Part shown: in pieces, positions 24,562 through 33,965 of the stretch
Position numbering within the stretch: the stretch's first letter is position 1
Layout of the letters: each line of letters starts with the position of its first letter
IMG/VR virus record: IMGVR_UViG_3300031276_000001
Coordinates: 1 to 56,622 of that record
DNA length: 56,622 nucleotides
Origin: a virus
Strand: one strand, 5' to 3'
Notes under the pieces: model-generated
Seen by the model: only the letters and a program-made list of their open reading frames with translations
Database searches by the model: none
What the model was told of the DNA's origin: nothing
Translations under genes and position numbers: made by a program

Positions 24562-26949
24562 TCACCTTCCCGAATACCTTTTTATTGTCCTTTGAATTTC
24601 TTCCATTAATGACGGTACGTCCTGAACACCATAAAAATTAAGAGGTCCTGAAAAACTCCAATTACTGGCATTTGAAATAGTTGACATACCAACATTTAAA
24701 TTTTTGCTTCGTTGTAATTGTTCACCAACTTCTTCGCTTAATGAAAGAGCAGGTATGTTTATCTTTGATCTTGCTTTATTTAAAGCCTTATGTATTGAGG
24801 TATAAAAATCCATTTTATCAAGGTCTTTAAGCGGTCCTTCTTTAGCTGGCGAAAAAGGAAATTTATTTCTTATTGTTGCTGCTATGCTTGATGCTGTACC
24901 ACTAAGACTGCTAATCATACTTTTTAAGCCATCAATTATATTTTGAATTATTTTTCGGCCAGTCTCTTTAAAATTGATACTTGTTATTGCTTTTATTATT
25001 CTATTTCCTATATCTTTCCCAACAGTATAAATTGCATTAAAATGTGATTTTATACCAGATAATAAATTTTTAACATGATTTATTACTTTGCTTCCTAATT
25101 GAGAAAAAAACCTAACAAAAATAATAACAAAATTTGATACAATTGTAGTCATTAAATCAAAAGCAGCTTTTAATATTACCTTTATATTATCCCATACCGC
25201 ACCCCAATCTCCACGAATTATAGCCAATACTAATTTTATTGTTGAGGCAATTAATTTTATTGCAAATTTTACAATTCCTAAAATTATATTCCACATGTTT
25301 GTTAAATAAGCCGTTATAGTATCGCCGTGTTCTTTCCAAAATGCTTTAATTCTATTAAATACTACGACGACAGTTTGTTTTATATCATTAAAAACACTAA
25401 TTGCATTAGTTTTTAACATGTTCCAAATCGATATAACGTTCTTTCTGAAATCTTCATTAGTTTTCCATAACAAAACAAAAGATGCGATAAGTCCAGCTAT
25501 CGCAGCACCAACAATTATACATACACCAGCAATTGCAGCAATAACAGGTAATCCAATTGTAGAAATAATACTTGCAACAACACTTATTATCGTTCCTAAA
25601 GCTGTTATTGCTGCACCTAAGCCAGCAATTGAAGTTCCAACAATAGCCAATACAGGACCTAATATCCCAGCTATTCCAGCAAATGCAATTATCGCAGTTT
25701 GGACACCAGGTGCTAAGCTTTGAAATTTTTCTACAACCCAAGATAAAGCAGTTACAACGCTTTCTAGAACTGGTATTAAATTTGCCTTGATTATATCAAA
25801 AAAACTTAATGCTACAACCTGGGCCTGACTTAATGCTTGATTCCATTTAAAATCTAATGTTTCCGATGTTGATTTAAATGCTTCTTCAAGTGTTCCATTT
25901 GCGTTTGATACTTCATTAAATATTTTCTTATTATCTTCAAGGTTAGCACCCATTAAATCCAAAACGCCCATCAATGATCGAATATTAGGGAAAACCCTTG
26001 CCACCGCTTCTTCTCCATATTTGTTTGTAAGGTCTTTCAAATCCATTAAAGCGCTCAATAATCCTTCATCTTTTATTTTCTTTCTCATTTCTGCACTTGA
26101 TGTTCCCATTGCTTTCAATTGCTCCTCTGCCTGTTCTGATGGTTTTATTAATCCAGACAAAATTGCTTTTAGTTCAGTAGCCGCCGCCGTTGCTGGTGTT
26201 CCTGTCCTAGTCATTGCAGCCGTTGCCGCTGCAACCTGGTCAAACGTTAAACCCATTTCAGATGCAATTGGTAATACCTGACCTAAACTTCCAGCCAATT
26301 CGGCCGCCTCTGCTTTACCTTGCCTAACTGCCATTGTCACAATATCAGTGGCTTTTGCTGCACTTAGATTTTCTTTTCCATATGCATTCATTGCACTAGT
26401 GACAAGATCAGCAATAGTTTTAGTTTCTCCTAATCCTATTGCTGAACCTTTTCCAGCCATTTCAACAACATCTAGTGCCTCAGCTCCTTTGATTCCTGCT
26501 GATGTTACGAAAAACAAAGCCTCAGCCAATTCTTTAGGTGCTTTACCTATTTCTGGCGATAATGATAATATATCTTTTCCCCAGGCATCAACTTGTTTTT
26601 GAGATACACCAACAAGTCCAACAACTTTATTTAATTCTTTTTCAAAATCTTTACCAAATTTGAAAGCAGCAATTGAAGCACCTGCAAGTGGGATAGTTAT
26701 ATATTTAGTAAGATTCATACCAACATTTTGAACCGCTTTACCTGCACTTTCCATAACCCCACCAATATTCTTAAATGTTGAACCAACAGATGCACCAACT
26801 TCTCCAAATCTTTGAGATAATGAACTAGTATTTCTTTCTGTCTCTCTTGTAAATCTGTCCCCATCTCTTCTTGATTGATTTAATCCTGCTCTAAATCCAT
26901 CAGTATTAGTTGTTACATCAGCACTCAATTCTCCAAGACTTATGCCCAA
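24562..26949 (-). CDS. Tail tape measure protein
   Basis: 795 aa with an Ala/Gly-rich helical core and a long hydrophobic central region, downstream of the G/GT chaperones. Confidence 0.85.
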   Translation of the reverse strand: MGISLGELSADVTTNTDGFRAGLNQSRRDGDRFTRETERNTSSLSQRFGEVGASVGSTFKNIGGVMESAGKAVQNVGMNLTKYITIPLAGASIAAFKFGKDFEKELNKVVGLVGVSQKQVDAWGKDILSLSPEIGKAPKELAEALFFVTSAGIKGAEALDVVEMAGKGSAIGLGETKTIADLVTSAMNAYGKENLSAAKATDIVTMAVRQGKAEAAELAGSLGQVLPIASEMGLTFDQVAAATAAMTRTGTPATAAATELKAILSGLIKPSEQAEEQLKAMGTSSAEMRKKIKDEGLLSALMDLKDLTNKYGEEAVARVFPNIRSLMGVLDLMGANLEDNKKIFNEVSNANGTLEEAFKSTSETLDFKWNQALSQAQVVALSFFDIIKANLIPVLESVVTALSWVVEKFQSLAPGVQTAIIAFAGIAGILGPVLAIVGTSIAGLGAAITALGTIISVVASIISTIGLPVIAAIAGVCIIVGAAIAGLIASFVLLWKTNEDFRKNVISIWNMLKTNAISVFNDIKQTVVVVFNRIKAFWKEHGDTITAYLTNMWNIILGIVKFAIKLIASTIKLVLAIIRGDWGAVWDNIKVILKAAFDLMTTIVSNFVIIFVRFFSQLGSKVINHVKNLLSGIKSHFNAIYTVGKDIGNRIIKAITSINFKETGRKIIQNIIDGLKSMISSLSGTASSIAATIRNKFPFSPAKEGPLKDLDKMDFYTSIHKALNKARSKINIPALSLSEEVGEQLQRSKNLNVGMSTISNASNWSFSGPLNFYGVQDVPSLMEEIQRTIKRYSGR

Positions 26950-26967
26950 TTTTATTACCTCCTTTCC

Positions 26968-27647
26968 TTATTTAATTCTTTTTATTTCGTTTTCAATTAA
27001 ATACTCGTCGTATTCAACAAAATTTCTATTATCTTTATTTCTAATAAAACAATTAAAGGCCGATTCTTCCGGCAATCCTCTAATAAAAATTAGAAATCTT
27101 CTAAAAGACATTTTTCTTGAAAATGCATCTTTTATTAAATCTATTTTATAAAATCGCCAAAAATCTGCCTCCAACGCTCCAAAAGCCCATATTAATATAC
27201 GAGGGTCTAAAGTTTTTTTTCCTGAATATTATTATTTTTATTTTTTACCGTACCATAACCCCATTTATTTAAAATGGGCATTGCTAATGTTTCAAATACT
27301 TGATCGATACCAACTCTTTTTTTAGAATTTTCCAATGATATAAGCATATCATTTCCAAACATTAATTTAATGAATTGAAACATTTTATCTTCTGGTACAT
27401 CAATCAAAGTTTTTCCATTAACTTTTTTAAAACAATGTCTAAAGAAAAACATAGAAAAATCTAAAGGCATATTTCGTGGAACATCAAAATATTTATTATT
27501 GAATTTTACATAATAAGGTTTAGCCTGATATTCTTCTATAGCTTTATCAAAATCAATTAATAAATTTTCCTCTTGAATTTCCTGCAGTTCATTAAATTTT
27601 TCATCTAATAATTTTTCTTTGTCAATATTTTTTAAATCTTTATTCAT
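26968..27647 (-). CDS. Tail assembly chaperone GT (predicted product of a -1 frameshift)
   Basis: The -1 frame is open from the slippery run at 27220-27213 down to the stop at 26968; it includes track ORF 26968..27174. Confidence 0.6.
27207..27647 (-). CDS. Tail assembly chaperone G
   Basis: 146-aa ORF between the major tail and tape measure genes; ends just after an A8 run. Confidence 0.65.
   Translation of the reverse strand: MNKDLKNIDKEKLLDEKFNELQEIQEENLLIDFDKAIEEYQAKPYYVKFNNKYFDVPRNMPLDFSMFFFRHCFKKVNGKTLIDVPEDKMFQFIKLMFGNDMLISLENSKKRVGIDQVFETLAMPILNKWGYGTVKNKNNNIQEKKL
27213..27220 (-). promoter_or_regulatory. A_AAA_AAA -1 programmed frameshift site
   Basis: The zero frame reads CAG GAA AAA AAA CTT TAG, so the heptamer A AAA AAA is in the X_XXY_YYZ register 2 codons before the G stop. 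Confidence 0.6.
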
Positions 27648-27680
27648 TTATTAAAACCTCCAATTTGATATTTTCTTTTT

Positions 27681-28106
27681 TTATGAACCTGGCGAAATCG
27701 GAACTTTAGAATTTATTCTAAAACTTCCCGACCATTTATAAACTTCTGGACATGCACCGCTTTCTTTATAACTTGTGAAAAATCCTTTTAAAAGATATCC
27801 AAAACCCGTATTTCTTGTATATTTTACATCTACAGTTTTCCCAGTCTCAGCAGCATTTCTTAACTCACTTTGTCCATCATCTAACCCTTCATTAGATGAT
27901 TCCATTGCAATACCTTCCATTTCAGCAGTTTCACCAACTGAAATACTTACAAACTGTAAATGGAGAACATCTGTTCCAGCAATGTAATCCTCTGAACCTG
28001 TTGTGTCCTCCTCTGCAATTTCAACATTTCTATCAAATTTAGTAACTTTTGCAACAAGTTCATTATCTACTTGAATTTGAGTTTTAGCGAATTTTACTTC
28101 TGGCAT
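27681..28106 (-). CDS. Major tail protein
   Basis: 141 aa; called from its position directly upstream of the chaperones. Confidence 0.55.
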   Translation of the reverse strand: MPEVKFAKTQIQVDNELVAKVTKFDRNVEIAEEDTTGSEDYIAGTDVLHLQFVSISVGETAEMEGIAMESSNEGLDDGQSELRNAAETGKTVDVKYTRNTGFGYLLKGFFTSYKESGACPEVYKWSGSFRINSKVPISPGS

Positions 28107-28127
28107 ATTTACACCTTCTTTCCTATA

Positions 28128-28535
28128 CTATAATCTAAATGTATTATTTTCTGATGTCATTCTAATAGTATAATGACTTGACCACTCATTTCTCTCATTA
28201 TCATCTTTTCCAATACTAAACGGTGCAGTAACTTGATTTATTTGACTTACAATATCGCCACCAATAATTAAAGGAATTCCACCAAATCCAATAATTTTTT
28301 TATTAATCAATTTTGATATATTCTCAGCAGTGAATTGATTAGTATTTCTTACAATTATTTGGACCCCAAAAATATCAACTGATAATCCAGAACTTTCAGG
28401 TGGTGGTATTGCCGATTCATCATAAAATATTATGCAGTCATCAGGTAAAGAAGGTTTGAAATTGATAAATAAATCTAAACCCTCACTTCCAAAACCTTCG
28501 TTTTCTAAATATTTTAATAAATTATAAGCACTCAT
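28128..28535 (-). CDS. Tail completion / tail terminator-like protein
   Basis: Called from position in the head-tail joining block; ATGA overlap with the upstream gene. Confidence 0.45.
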   Translation of the reverse strand: MSAYNLLKYLENEGFGSEGLDLFINFKPSLPDDCIIFYDESAIPPPESSGLSVDIFGVQIIVRNTNQFTAENISKLINKKIIGFGGIPLIIGGDIVSQINQVTAPFSIGKDDNERNEWSSHYTIRMTSENNTFRL

Positions 28536-28900
28536 AATTTAGCACCAACTTCCTGATATAAAAAAGTTAATAATGAAGGACCTGCTAATCGATTAAAAGG
28601 GTCAATTAAATACTTCCATTTTCGTCCTCTTTGAAAATTAGCCATATTTTCATGCCATCTTAAAGCATATGGTATTTTAGGATGACCTGTTCCTGGTCCA
28701 CCTCCATAAGAAATTATACCAACTGGATTTTTTCTATACCTAATGATAACAATTCCAGAACGGAATAAAAAACCCTCGTCAAGTGGTACTTCATTTTGTG
28801 ATGCAGTTAATACAACATTACATGTTTTTATAACTGCTTTTGTTGAACCTTGAACAACAGTTTTTAAAATTTCGTCACCGTTCCATCTATTCCAGCCCAT
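28532..28900 (-). CDS. Head-tail joining protein (HK97 gp10-like position)
   Basis: Called from position. Preferred start is ATG 28900 after AAGGAG. Confidence 0.45.
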   Translation of the reverse strand: MGWNRWNGDEILKTVVQGSTKAVIKTCNVVLTASQNEVPLDEGFLFRSGIVIIRYRKNPVGIISYGGGPGTGHPKIPYALRWHENMANFQRGRKWKYLIDPFNRLAGPSLLTFLYQEVGAKL

Positions 28901-28911
28901 TTTATAACTCC

Positions 28912-29253
28912 TTATATGCAATATATTTCAAAGTGATGAGTTTGACCTTTATTAATTGGATTATCAATAGGGTCAATTAATTCTACACTCAAATTAGGTC
29001 TATTATATGGTGCTATTTGATCGATTGCCCAATCAGGCCAATTAATATCAATTCCGCAATCATCCATCAAAAAAACTATTGCCCTACATGTTAATTCTTC
29101 ACCTTTTTTATTCTTAAAAAGTTTGTTTCCATATTCTACAAAACCTTTTAATGATGACGAACTTAAATTTGAATAATCGCCAGCACTATTTGATTTTAAT
29201 TTTCTTAAGATAACATCATGAGTCATCATTTTTTTAAAATCTGGTAAACTCAT
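28912..29253 (-). CDS. Head closure / head-tail adaptor protein
   Basis: Called from position and size (113 aa). Confidence 0.45.
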   Translation of the reverse strand: MSLPDFKKMMTHDVILRKLKSNSAGDYSNLSSSSLKGFVEYGNKLFKNKKGEELTCRAIVFLMDDCGIDINWPDWAIDQIAPYNRPNLSVELIDPIDNPINKGQTHHFEIYCI

Positions 29254-29675
29254 CTTGAATTAACCTTTCTGTTTATTATTCCTGATGAAATCAAAATTGA
29301 ATCAACTATCCCCAATTCATCAGGAACTGTAATTGACGAATAAGTTGATGATTTAGATTTTCCAATACTAAAACGACCTAACTTAAGATTATTCATATTA
29401 TTAGGTGGTTGGTTATTATTATCTGTTAAAAATGAAATCATTGCAGCAACCCACATCTTGACAGCATCTATTTTGGATTGATGTAAAATAATATATTTAC
29501 CTTGATACATTATAGCAAAATCAGAGGACCTTATTTTATATCCATCAGAATTAATAGGATAATTACCAATACGACTATCTAATAATTTACATGCAATTGT
29601 TAGCCGCAAAGTATTACATTCACTTGTTGGCCTATTTGTATATGTATTATATTCTGTGCTAGTAATATACATCAT
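29250..29675 (-). CDS. Head-tail connector (gp6-like position)
   Basis: Called from position. The start forms an ATGA overlap with the upstream stop. Confidence 0.45.
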   Translation of the reverse strand: MMYITSTEYNTYTNRPTSECNTLRLTIACKLLDSRIGNYPINSDGYKIRSSDFAIMYQGKYIILHQSKIDAVKMWVAAMISFLTDNNNQPPNNMNNLKLGRFSIGKSKSSTYSSITVPDELGIVDSILISSGIINRKVNSR

Positions 29676-29869
29676 TCCCACCTCTTCCATATTCCATCAG
29701 GTCCTTTTTTATATCCAGCTTTTTCAACAGCAGCCCAAGCAATTTTAAATGATTGTTTTTCATTTTTAGTTTCTTCTAAATTTGTATTAAATGCAGCTAT
29801 AAAAATTTTTTGAGCTTTAACAGGTAAATTTTTTATAATATCAGGTTTATTATTCATTGTATAAGGCAT
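29672..29869 (-). CDS. ChaB-like small protein
   Basis: LPVKAQKIFIAAFN...AWAAVEKAGYKKGPDGIWK matches the ChaB-family pattern; start follows GGAGGA. Confidence 0.5.
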   Translation of the reverse strand: MPYTMNNKPDIIKNLPVKAQKIFIAAFNTNLEETKNEKQSFKIAWAAVEKAGYKKGPDGIWKRWE

Positions 29870-29902
29870 TTTTTTATCCTCCATACATAATTAGACCAAT
29901 GT

Positions 29903-30187
29903 CTATAATTCATCTTGTTTGCAATTATTTTCACTTTTTTCGATTAAAGATGCAATTAAATCATTTTTTTTACCAACAGCTTGTAAGTTTTTTTCTTTAC
30001 ATTTTTTTTGCAATTCTTTATAAGTCATTTCATTTATATCTTTTTTTTCTTTTTTTTCTATATAAATTTCAACAACTTTACATTCTAAAAATGCTTTTAC
30101 ATCTATTTCACTAATTTCAATTACATCATCTTTTTTATATTGATTACCTCTATAAAAATGATTACCTTTCAAAAATTTAACTTTCAC
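29903..30187 (-). CDS. Small protein with a SAP/Rho-N-like motif
   Basis: MTYKELQKKCKEKNLQAVGKKNDLIASLIE resembles a SAP / Rho-termination-factor N-terminal motif; GTG start. Confidence 0.45.
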   Translation of the reverse strand: MKVKFLKGNHFYRGNQYKKDDVIEISEIDVKAFLECKVVEIYIEKKEKKDINEMTYKELQKKCKEKNLQAVGKKNDLIASLIEKSENNCKQDEL

Positions 30188-30224
30188 TATTATTTAAACC
30201 CCCTATTAAGAGAAATAATTAAAC

Positions 30225-31202
30225 CTAACTTCCAGCTTGGCCTAATACAGCAAATGGATATCTAGTATTTGAATCTTTATTTACTCTATTAATAGGATTC
30301 GGAACCTGCCACGCAATTCTCATACAAGACCTCAAACCTACCATATTTTGCTGTGCTAAATTATAAATAATTTCGCCTGTGCTTGGGTCTTGAATAACTG
30401 CTTCTGTTAAGATCTTCCATGTAATATCTTTTCTAATTGCATAAATTAATTTTGTCCAATCACCAGAAATTAAAAGACTTCTATCAGGTATTACACTTCC
30501 ATTTTTAGGGAAATACATAGGTTCACCATCTAATGTATAAACAGTGCTTCCCTGCATTCCTTCTTTAACTAATGCTTTAAATATCGGTTGATTGCTAGCA
30601 TCTCTTAATCCTCTTAATCTAGCCCTCATTGTCATTGCTGCAATATGGCCGTTAACCATAAAACCATCTTCTTCAACTTTTGCAATTACACCATCTATTC
30701 CTAAAATATCGGCGTAAATGTCACCAACACCACCAAGTTGAACAAAATTTCCAGCAGCTTGACAGGCGGCAACTAAATTAGTAGGCCAAACAGCCGGCGC
30801 ATTTATACCATACATTACAGCTTGATCGAATGCTAGCCCATAAGCTTCTAATAATTTTGGTTTTGTTTCAGCCCAAATATCATAATCCGCATCATCCAAT
30901 ACCGCTTCTGGAATTGCGATAATAACGTTTAATTCCTCTGCATCCAAATATTTATTACGCCACATTATTTTGGTTGTTTCTTTCCACCCTAAATCTCCAA
31001 CATCGCCAGGACCTGGATTAGTAAAATAAGCTGTTGGTAACACTGATAAAACAGGAATTCTCCTTTGTGCCCTGCTCATATTTGCTGCTCTATAACCTAA
31101 TGCCATTATAGTCGACATTTCGGGAACGCTTTCAATTATTTCTCTTTGATATTCTTCCGGCATCAATGCTTCAACACCGACACGAGGGATATAAGTCGCC
31201 AT
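30225..31202 (-). CDS. Major capsid protein (HK97 fold)
   Basis: 325 aa after the scaffold gene. LDAEELNVIIAIPEAVLDDADYDIW and downstream segments match the Phage_capsid family pattern. Confidence 0.85.
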   Translation of the reverse strand: MATYIPRVGVEALMPEEYQREIIESVPEMSTIMALGYRAANMSRAQRRIPVLSVLPTAYFTNPGPGDVGDLGWKETTKIMWRNKYLDAEELNVIIAIPEAVLDDADYDIWAETKPKLLEAYGLAFDQAVMYGINAPAVWPTNLVAACQAAGNFVQLGGVGDIYADILGIDGVIAKVEEDGFMVNGHIAAMTMRARLRGLRDASNQPIFKALVKEGMQGSTVYTLDGEPMYFPKNGSVIPDRSLLISGDWTKLIYAIRKDITWKILTEAVIQDPSTGEIIYNLAQQNMVGLRSCMRIAWQVPNPINRVNKDSNTRYPFAVLGQAGS

Positions 31203-31228
31203 TTATTAACATCTCCTTATTCTATTAT

Positions 31229-31885
31229 TTATGATCTTCCCGTAGCTTTCCTTATAAGTGAATTCATATCGAATTTACTTTTTTTGTCTTTTTGGCTCTG
31301 GTCATCTCCTGTATTGTTATTTGATTCATTTGTAGTTTTCTTTATTAGATATGATTTTTTTTCTAATAAAGTTTTCAATGCATCATCAACTCCGGAAATG
31401 TTTCCATTCTCATCAATTTCAATATCAGACTTATCAATTAAAGCATATACAGCATCGTTGTCTATTACTCCATATGTTGCAGCCTTAGAAATTATTTCGG
31501 ATTTAATCAAACGATTATTTGCGTGATTTAAAGTTTCTTGAGCTTTTCTTTCTGCATCTGTTTTTTCAAGTTTTAATCTTTCATTTTCATCTAAGTTTTT
31601 TCTTTCAATTTTTTCATTGAAATCTTTTACCATTTTTTTTCGTTCTCTTGATAATCTTTTTTCAATAATTTTGTTTATCTCATCGGTTGTATAAGTTTTT
31701 TCATTTTTATCATTTTTATTTCCTTGATTATCATCATTATTGTTATTATTCTCATCATCATCATCATCATTTTCATTTGCTCCATTAGAATCATTTCCGC
31801 TTTCATCACCTGGAACACCAATTAATGGGATAATAGGACCTAAAATTGTAAACTTGAAAAACTTTTTTAAATTCATTATTTTCAT
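31229..31885 (-). CDS. Capsid scaffolding protein
   Basis: Acidic low-complexity N-terminus, then YTTDEINKIIEKRLSRERKK and coiled-coil, typical of scaffold/GP20-like proteins. Preferred start is ATG 31885 after GGAGGA. Confidence 0.7.
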   Translation of the reverse strand: MKIMNLKKFFKFTILGPIIPLIGVPGDESGNDSNGANENDDDDDENNNNNDDNQGNKNDKNEKTYTTDEINKIIEKRLSRERKKMVKDFNEKIERKNLDENERLKLEKTDAERKAQETLNHANNRLIKSEIISKAATYGVIDNDAVYALIDKSDIEIDENGNISGVDDALKTLLEKKSYLIKKTTNESNNNTGDDQSQKDKKSKFDMNSLIRKATGRS

Positions 31886-32037
31886 AAATATCCTCCATTT
31901 TAAATTATGGGTAATTATATCCATTTTTAGCCTGTCGGCTTCCGTAGAATAACGTAATTAAATTTTAACACACTATTACATATAAATGCAATATTTTACA
32001 TTTATTGTGCTTATTAGTATAATATATGTGAAATAGC

Positions 32038-32067
32038 AAAAAAAAAAAGAAAGGTTTTGAAAACCTT
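32038..32067 (-). terminator. Intrinsic terminator (minus strand)
   Basis: AAGGUUUU-C-AAAACCUU hairpin followed by UCUUUUUUUUUUU on the minus strand. Confidence 0.7.
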
Positions 32068-32174
32068 CATTTGACATTTATTATTAAATTTCAAAATACC
32101 TCTATCCTATTGGTTACGGACCGCCACACTTCTTGTGGTGCTCAATGAGCTTTCAAGGTATTTCTAGTTATAAC
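32038..32174 (-). ncRNA. Candidate small structured RNA (cloverleaf-like core at 32163->32094 plus a terminator)
   Basis: Two extended -10 elements (TGTTATAAT 32189-32181; TGTTATAAC 32175-32167). An 8-bp closing stem AAAUACCU/AGGUAUUU encloses hairpins GCUC-AUU-GAGC, CCACA-AGAAG-UGUGG and GGU-CCGUA-ACC, followed by the terminator. The segment is locally GC-rich. Confidence 0.35.
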
Positions 32175-32197
32175 ATTTATATTATAACATACTTTTA

Positions 32198-32602
32198 TTA
32201 TTTTGCTCTTTTTAATTTTTCAATTCTTTTTGTTTTTGCTCTATCCAAACTAATGAGTTTATTTTTGTATTGTACTTCAATTTTTTTCTCTAAATCATTT
32301 GATTTTAATTGTATTTTTTTAATTGCTTTATCATATTTATCTTTTTCTTTTATTTCTTTAGCTGCTCTTTGTTTATCTCGAATTTTATCATAACATTTTT
32401 TGTAATCATCTTTTACAGATTTTAACCCCTTTTTATATTCAGATACAACTAAATTTTTGTAAGCCTCTGCACCATTGGTTATGTTTTCACCAAATTTTTC
32501 AAACCATGTTTCGCTACAATCTTCTAAACCTTTAAACCATTCATTTGTATTTAAAGATAAACCACTAAGCATATCATCAAACCAATCTTCTATAGCTCCC
32601 AT
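32198..32602 (-). CDS. Hypothetical coiled-coil protein (134 aa)
   Basis: Track ORF. Confidence 0.6.
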   Translation of the reverse strand: MGAIEDWFDDMLSGLSLNTNEWFKGLEDCSETWFEKFGENITNGAEAYKNLVVSEYKKGLKSVKDDYKKCYDKIRDKQRAAKEIKEKDKYDKAIKKIQLKSNDLEKKIEVQYKNKLISLDRAKTKRIEKLKRAK

Positions 32603-32627
32603 TTTAAAATCTCCTTTATTTTTTATT

Positions 32628-33044
32628 TTAGCAATATTCGCTAATTAAATATTTTACATCCCACAATTCAATTGAATTTTCTTTTAAAAGAAATATATTC
32701 CCTCTATATCCATCCAATTTATGAAATAATCCATTCCTATCATTATTAATTACAGTATCTTTATTAATTAAAATACATTCTTCTAACCCAAAAACAACAT
32801 ATTTCCTTAATATTTCAATTCGTTCCAATGGTTCGCCAATTATAACACATTTTTTATTTATGCTTATTATTCCTAATTCATTAAATAAACCATTAATTGT
32901 ATATTTTATAATTTTATAATCATCGCTAGTTTTAGATATTTCTTTTAAATGTTTTTTTAATCCTATTATTTGATTCCATATATCGTTATAAAATCCTTTT
33001 CTTGATTCATTTTTTGTTTTATCTACAAAAATTATTTTATCCAT
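32628..33044 (-). CDS. Hypothetical protein (138 aa)
   Basis: Track ORF. Confidence 0.6.
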   Translation of the reverse strand: MDKIIFVDKTKNESRKGFYNDIWNQIIGLKKHLKEISKTSDDYKIIKYTINGLFNELGIISINKKCVIIGEPLERIEILRKYVVFGLEECILINKDTVINNDRNGLFHKLDGYRGNIFLLKENSIELWDVKYLISEYC

Positions 33045-33318
33045 TTTTATCCTCCAAAAAAAATCTATTTTTTAAGATGCTTTCAAATGGTGTATTTACT
33101 TGGAAATAGTTTAAAAATTTTGTATCACTAATATAAATTGGAATATCTTCTAATACATCTCTATGATTAGTTAAAATATATTTATATGTATCATTGGTTA
33201 ATATTAAATATTTTTCTTGCACTAAATAATCTTTTTTTAATCTATCAGTAACACAAATTTCAATAACGCATTTATTAATTTGTATTGATTTCTCAATTAA
33301 ATCCTTTATAATATCCAT
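33037..33318 (-). CDS. Hypothetical protein (93 aa)
   Basis: Track ORF overlapping its neighbours. Confidence 0.55.
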   Translation of the reverse strand: MDIIKDLIEKSIQINKCVIEICVTDRLKKDYLVQEKYLILTNDTYKYILTNHRDVLEDIPIYISDTKFLNYFQVNTPFESILKNRFFLEDKNG

Positions 33319-33965
33319 TAATAATTACCGTCCCTTCTAAACCAATTGATTGATGATGAAAACAAATCATCAACAACACTTAATTCATTATCACAATTAT
33401 AAAATATAGCCTTTAAAAAAGCTTCTTTTGTTGTAAATTTCAAATCTGGTATAATTACCAGCTTTTCATTGTAATATTCTGTTATAATACAAGGAATCAT
33501 TTTCCATTCTATCTTAGTGTTTAATATTTTATTCTTATAATTAATTTCATGAAAATTTATAGGGTGTTCATTTATCTCAAATAATAATTTTCTAGCTTTT
33601 ACCATACCATAATCAAAATTATTTACAACAAATGTATAAAAATTTTTATCATTTCTAAGTATTTCAATTTTTATATTTACTTCAAGTGACCGTTGTTTCC
33701 ATTTATATTTATTTGAATGATTTTCATTTATAAAAAAACCCCATCTACAAGATTCACCATTAAATTCTCGTAATGTTTCAAAACTTGGATTTTCTTTCCT
33801 TAAACAACACCAATAATCATTATAACCTCTCTTACCTCCAATTGAATGTATAAATCCAGGACAATGATAAACATAATATTCTTCATCATTTACCACAACA
33901 TCCCATTCTAATCTATTAATTTTACTTAAATCTGAATTTTTATTTATTAATTTTATTTCATACAT
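33318..33965 (-). CDS. Hypothetical protein (215 aa)
   Basis: Track ORF. Confidence 0.6.
   Translation of the reverse strand: MYEIKLINKNSDLSKINRLEWDVVVNDEEYYVYHCPGFIHSIGGKRGYNDYWCCLRKENPSFETLREFNGESCRWGFFINENHSNKYKWKQRSLEVNIKIEILRNDKNFYTFVVNNFDYGMVKARKLLFEINEHPINFHEINYKNKILNTKIEWKMIPCIITEYYNEKLVIIPDLKFTTKEAFLKAIFYNCDNELSVVDDLFSSSINWFRRDGNY

Noticed and set aside
32094-32163. Possible tRNA gene (70-nt cloverleaf-like fold)
   Set aside because: The middle hairpin has a 5-nt loop rather than a 7-nt anticodon loop. There is no U33/purine-37 context, no GTTC T-loop and no D-loop GG, and the third arm is only 3 bp. It is kept as a generic structured-RNA candidate, not as a tRNA.
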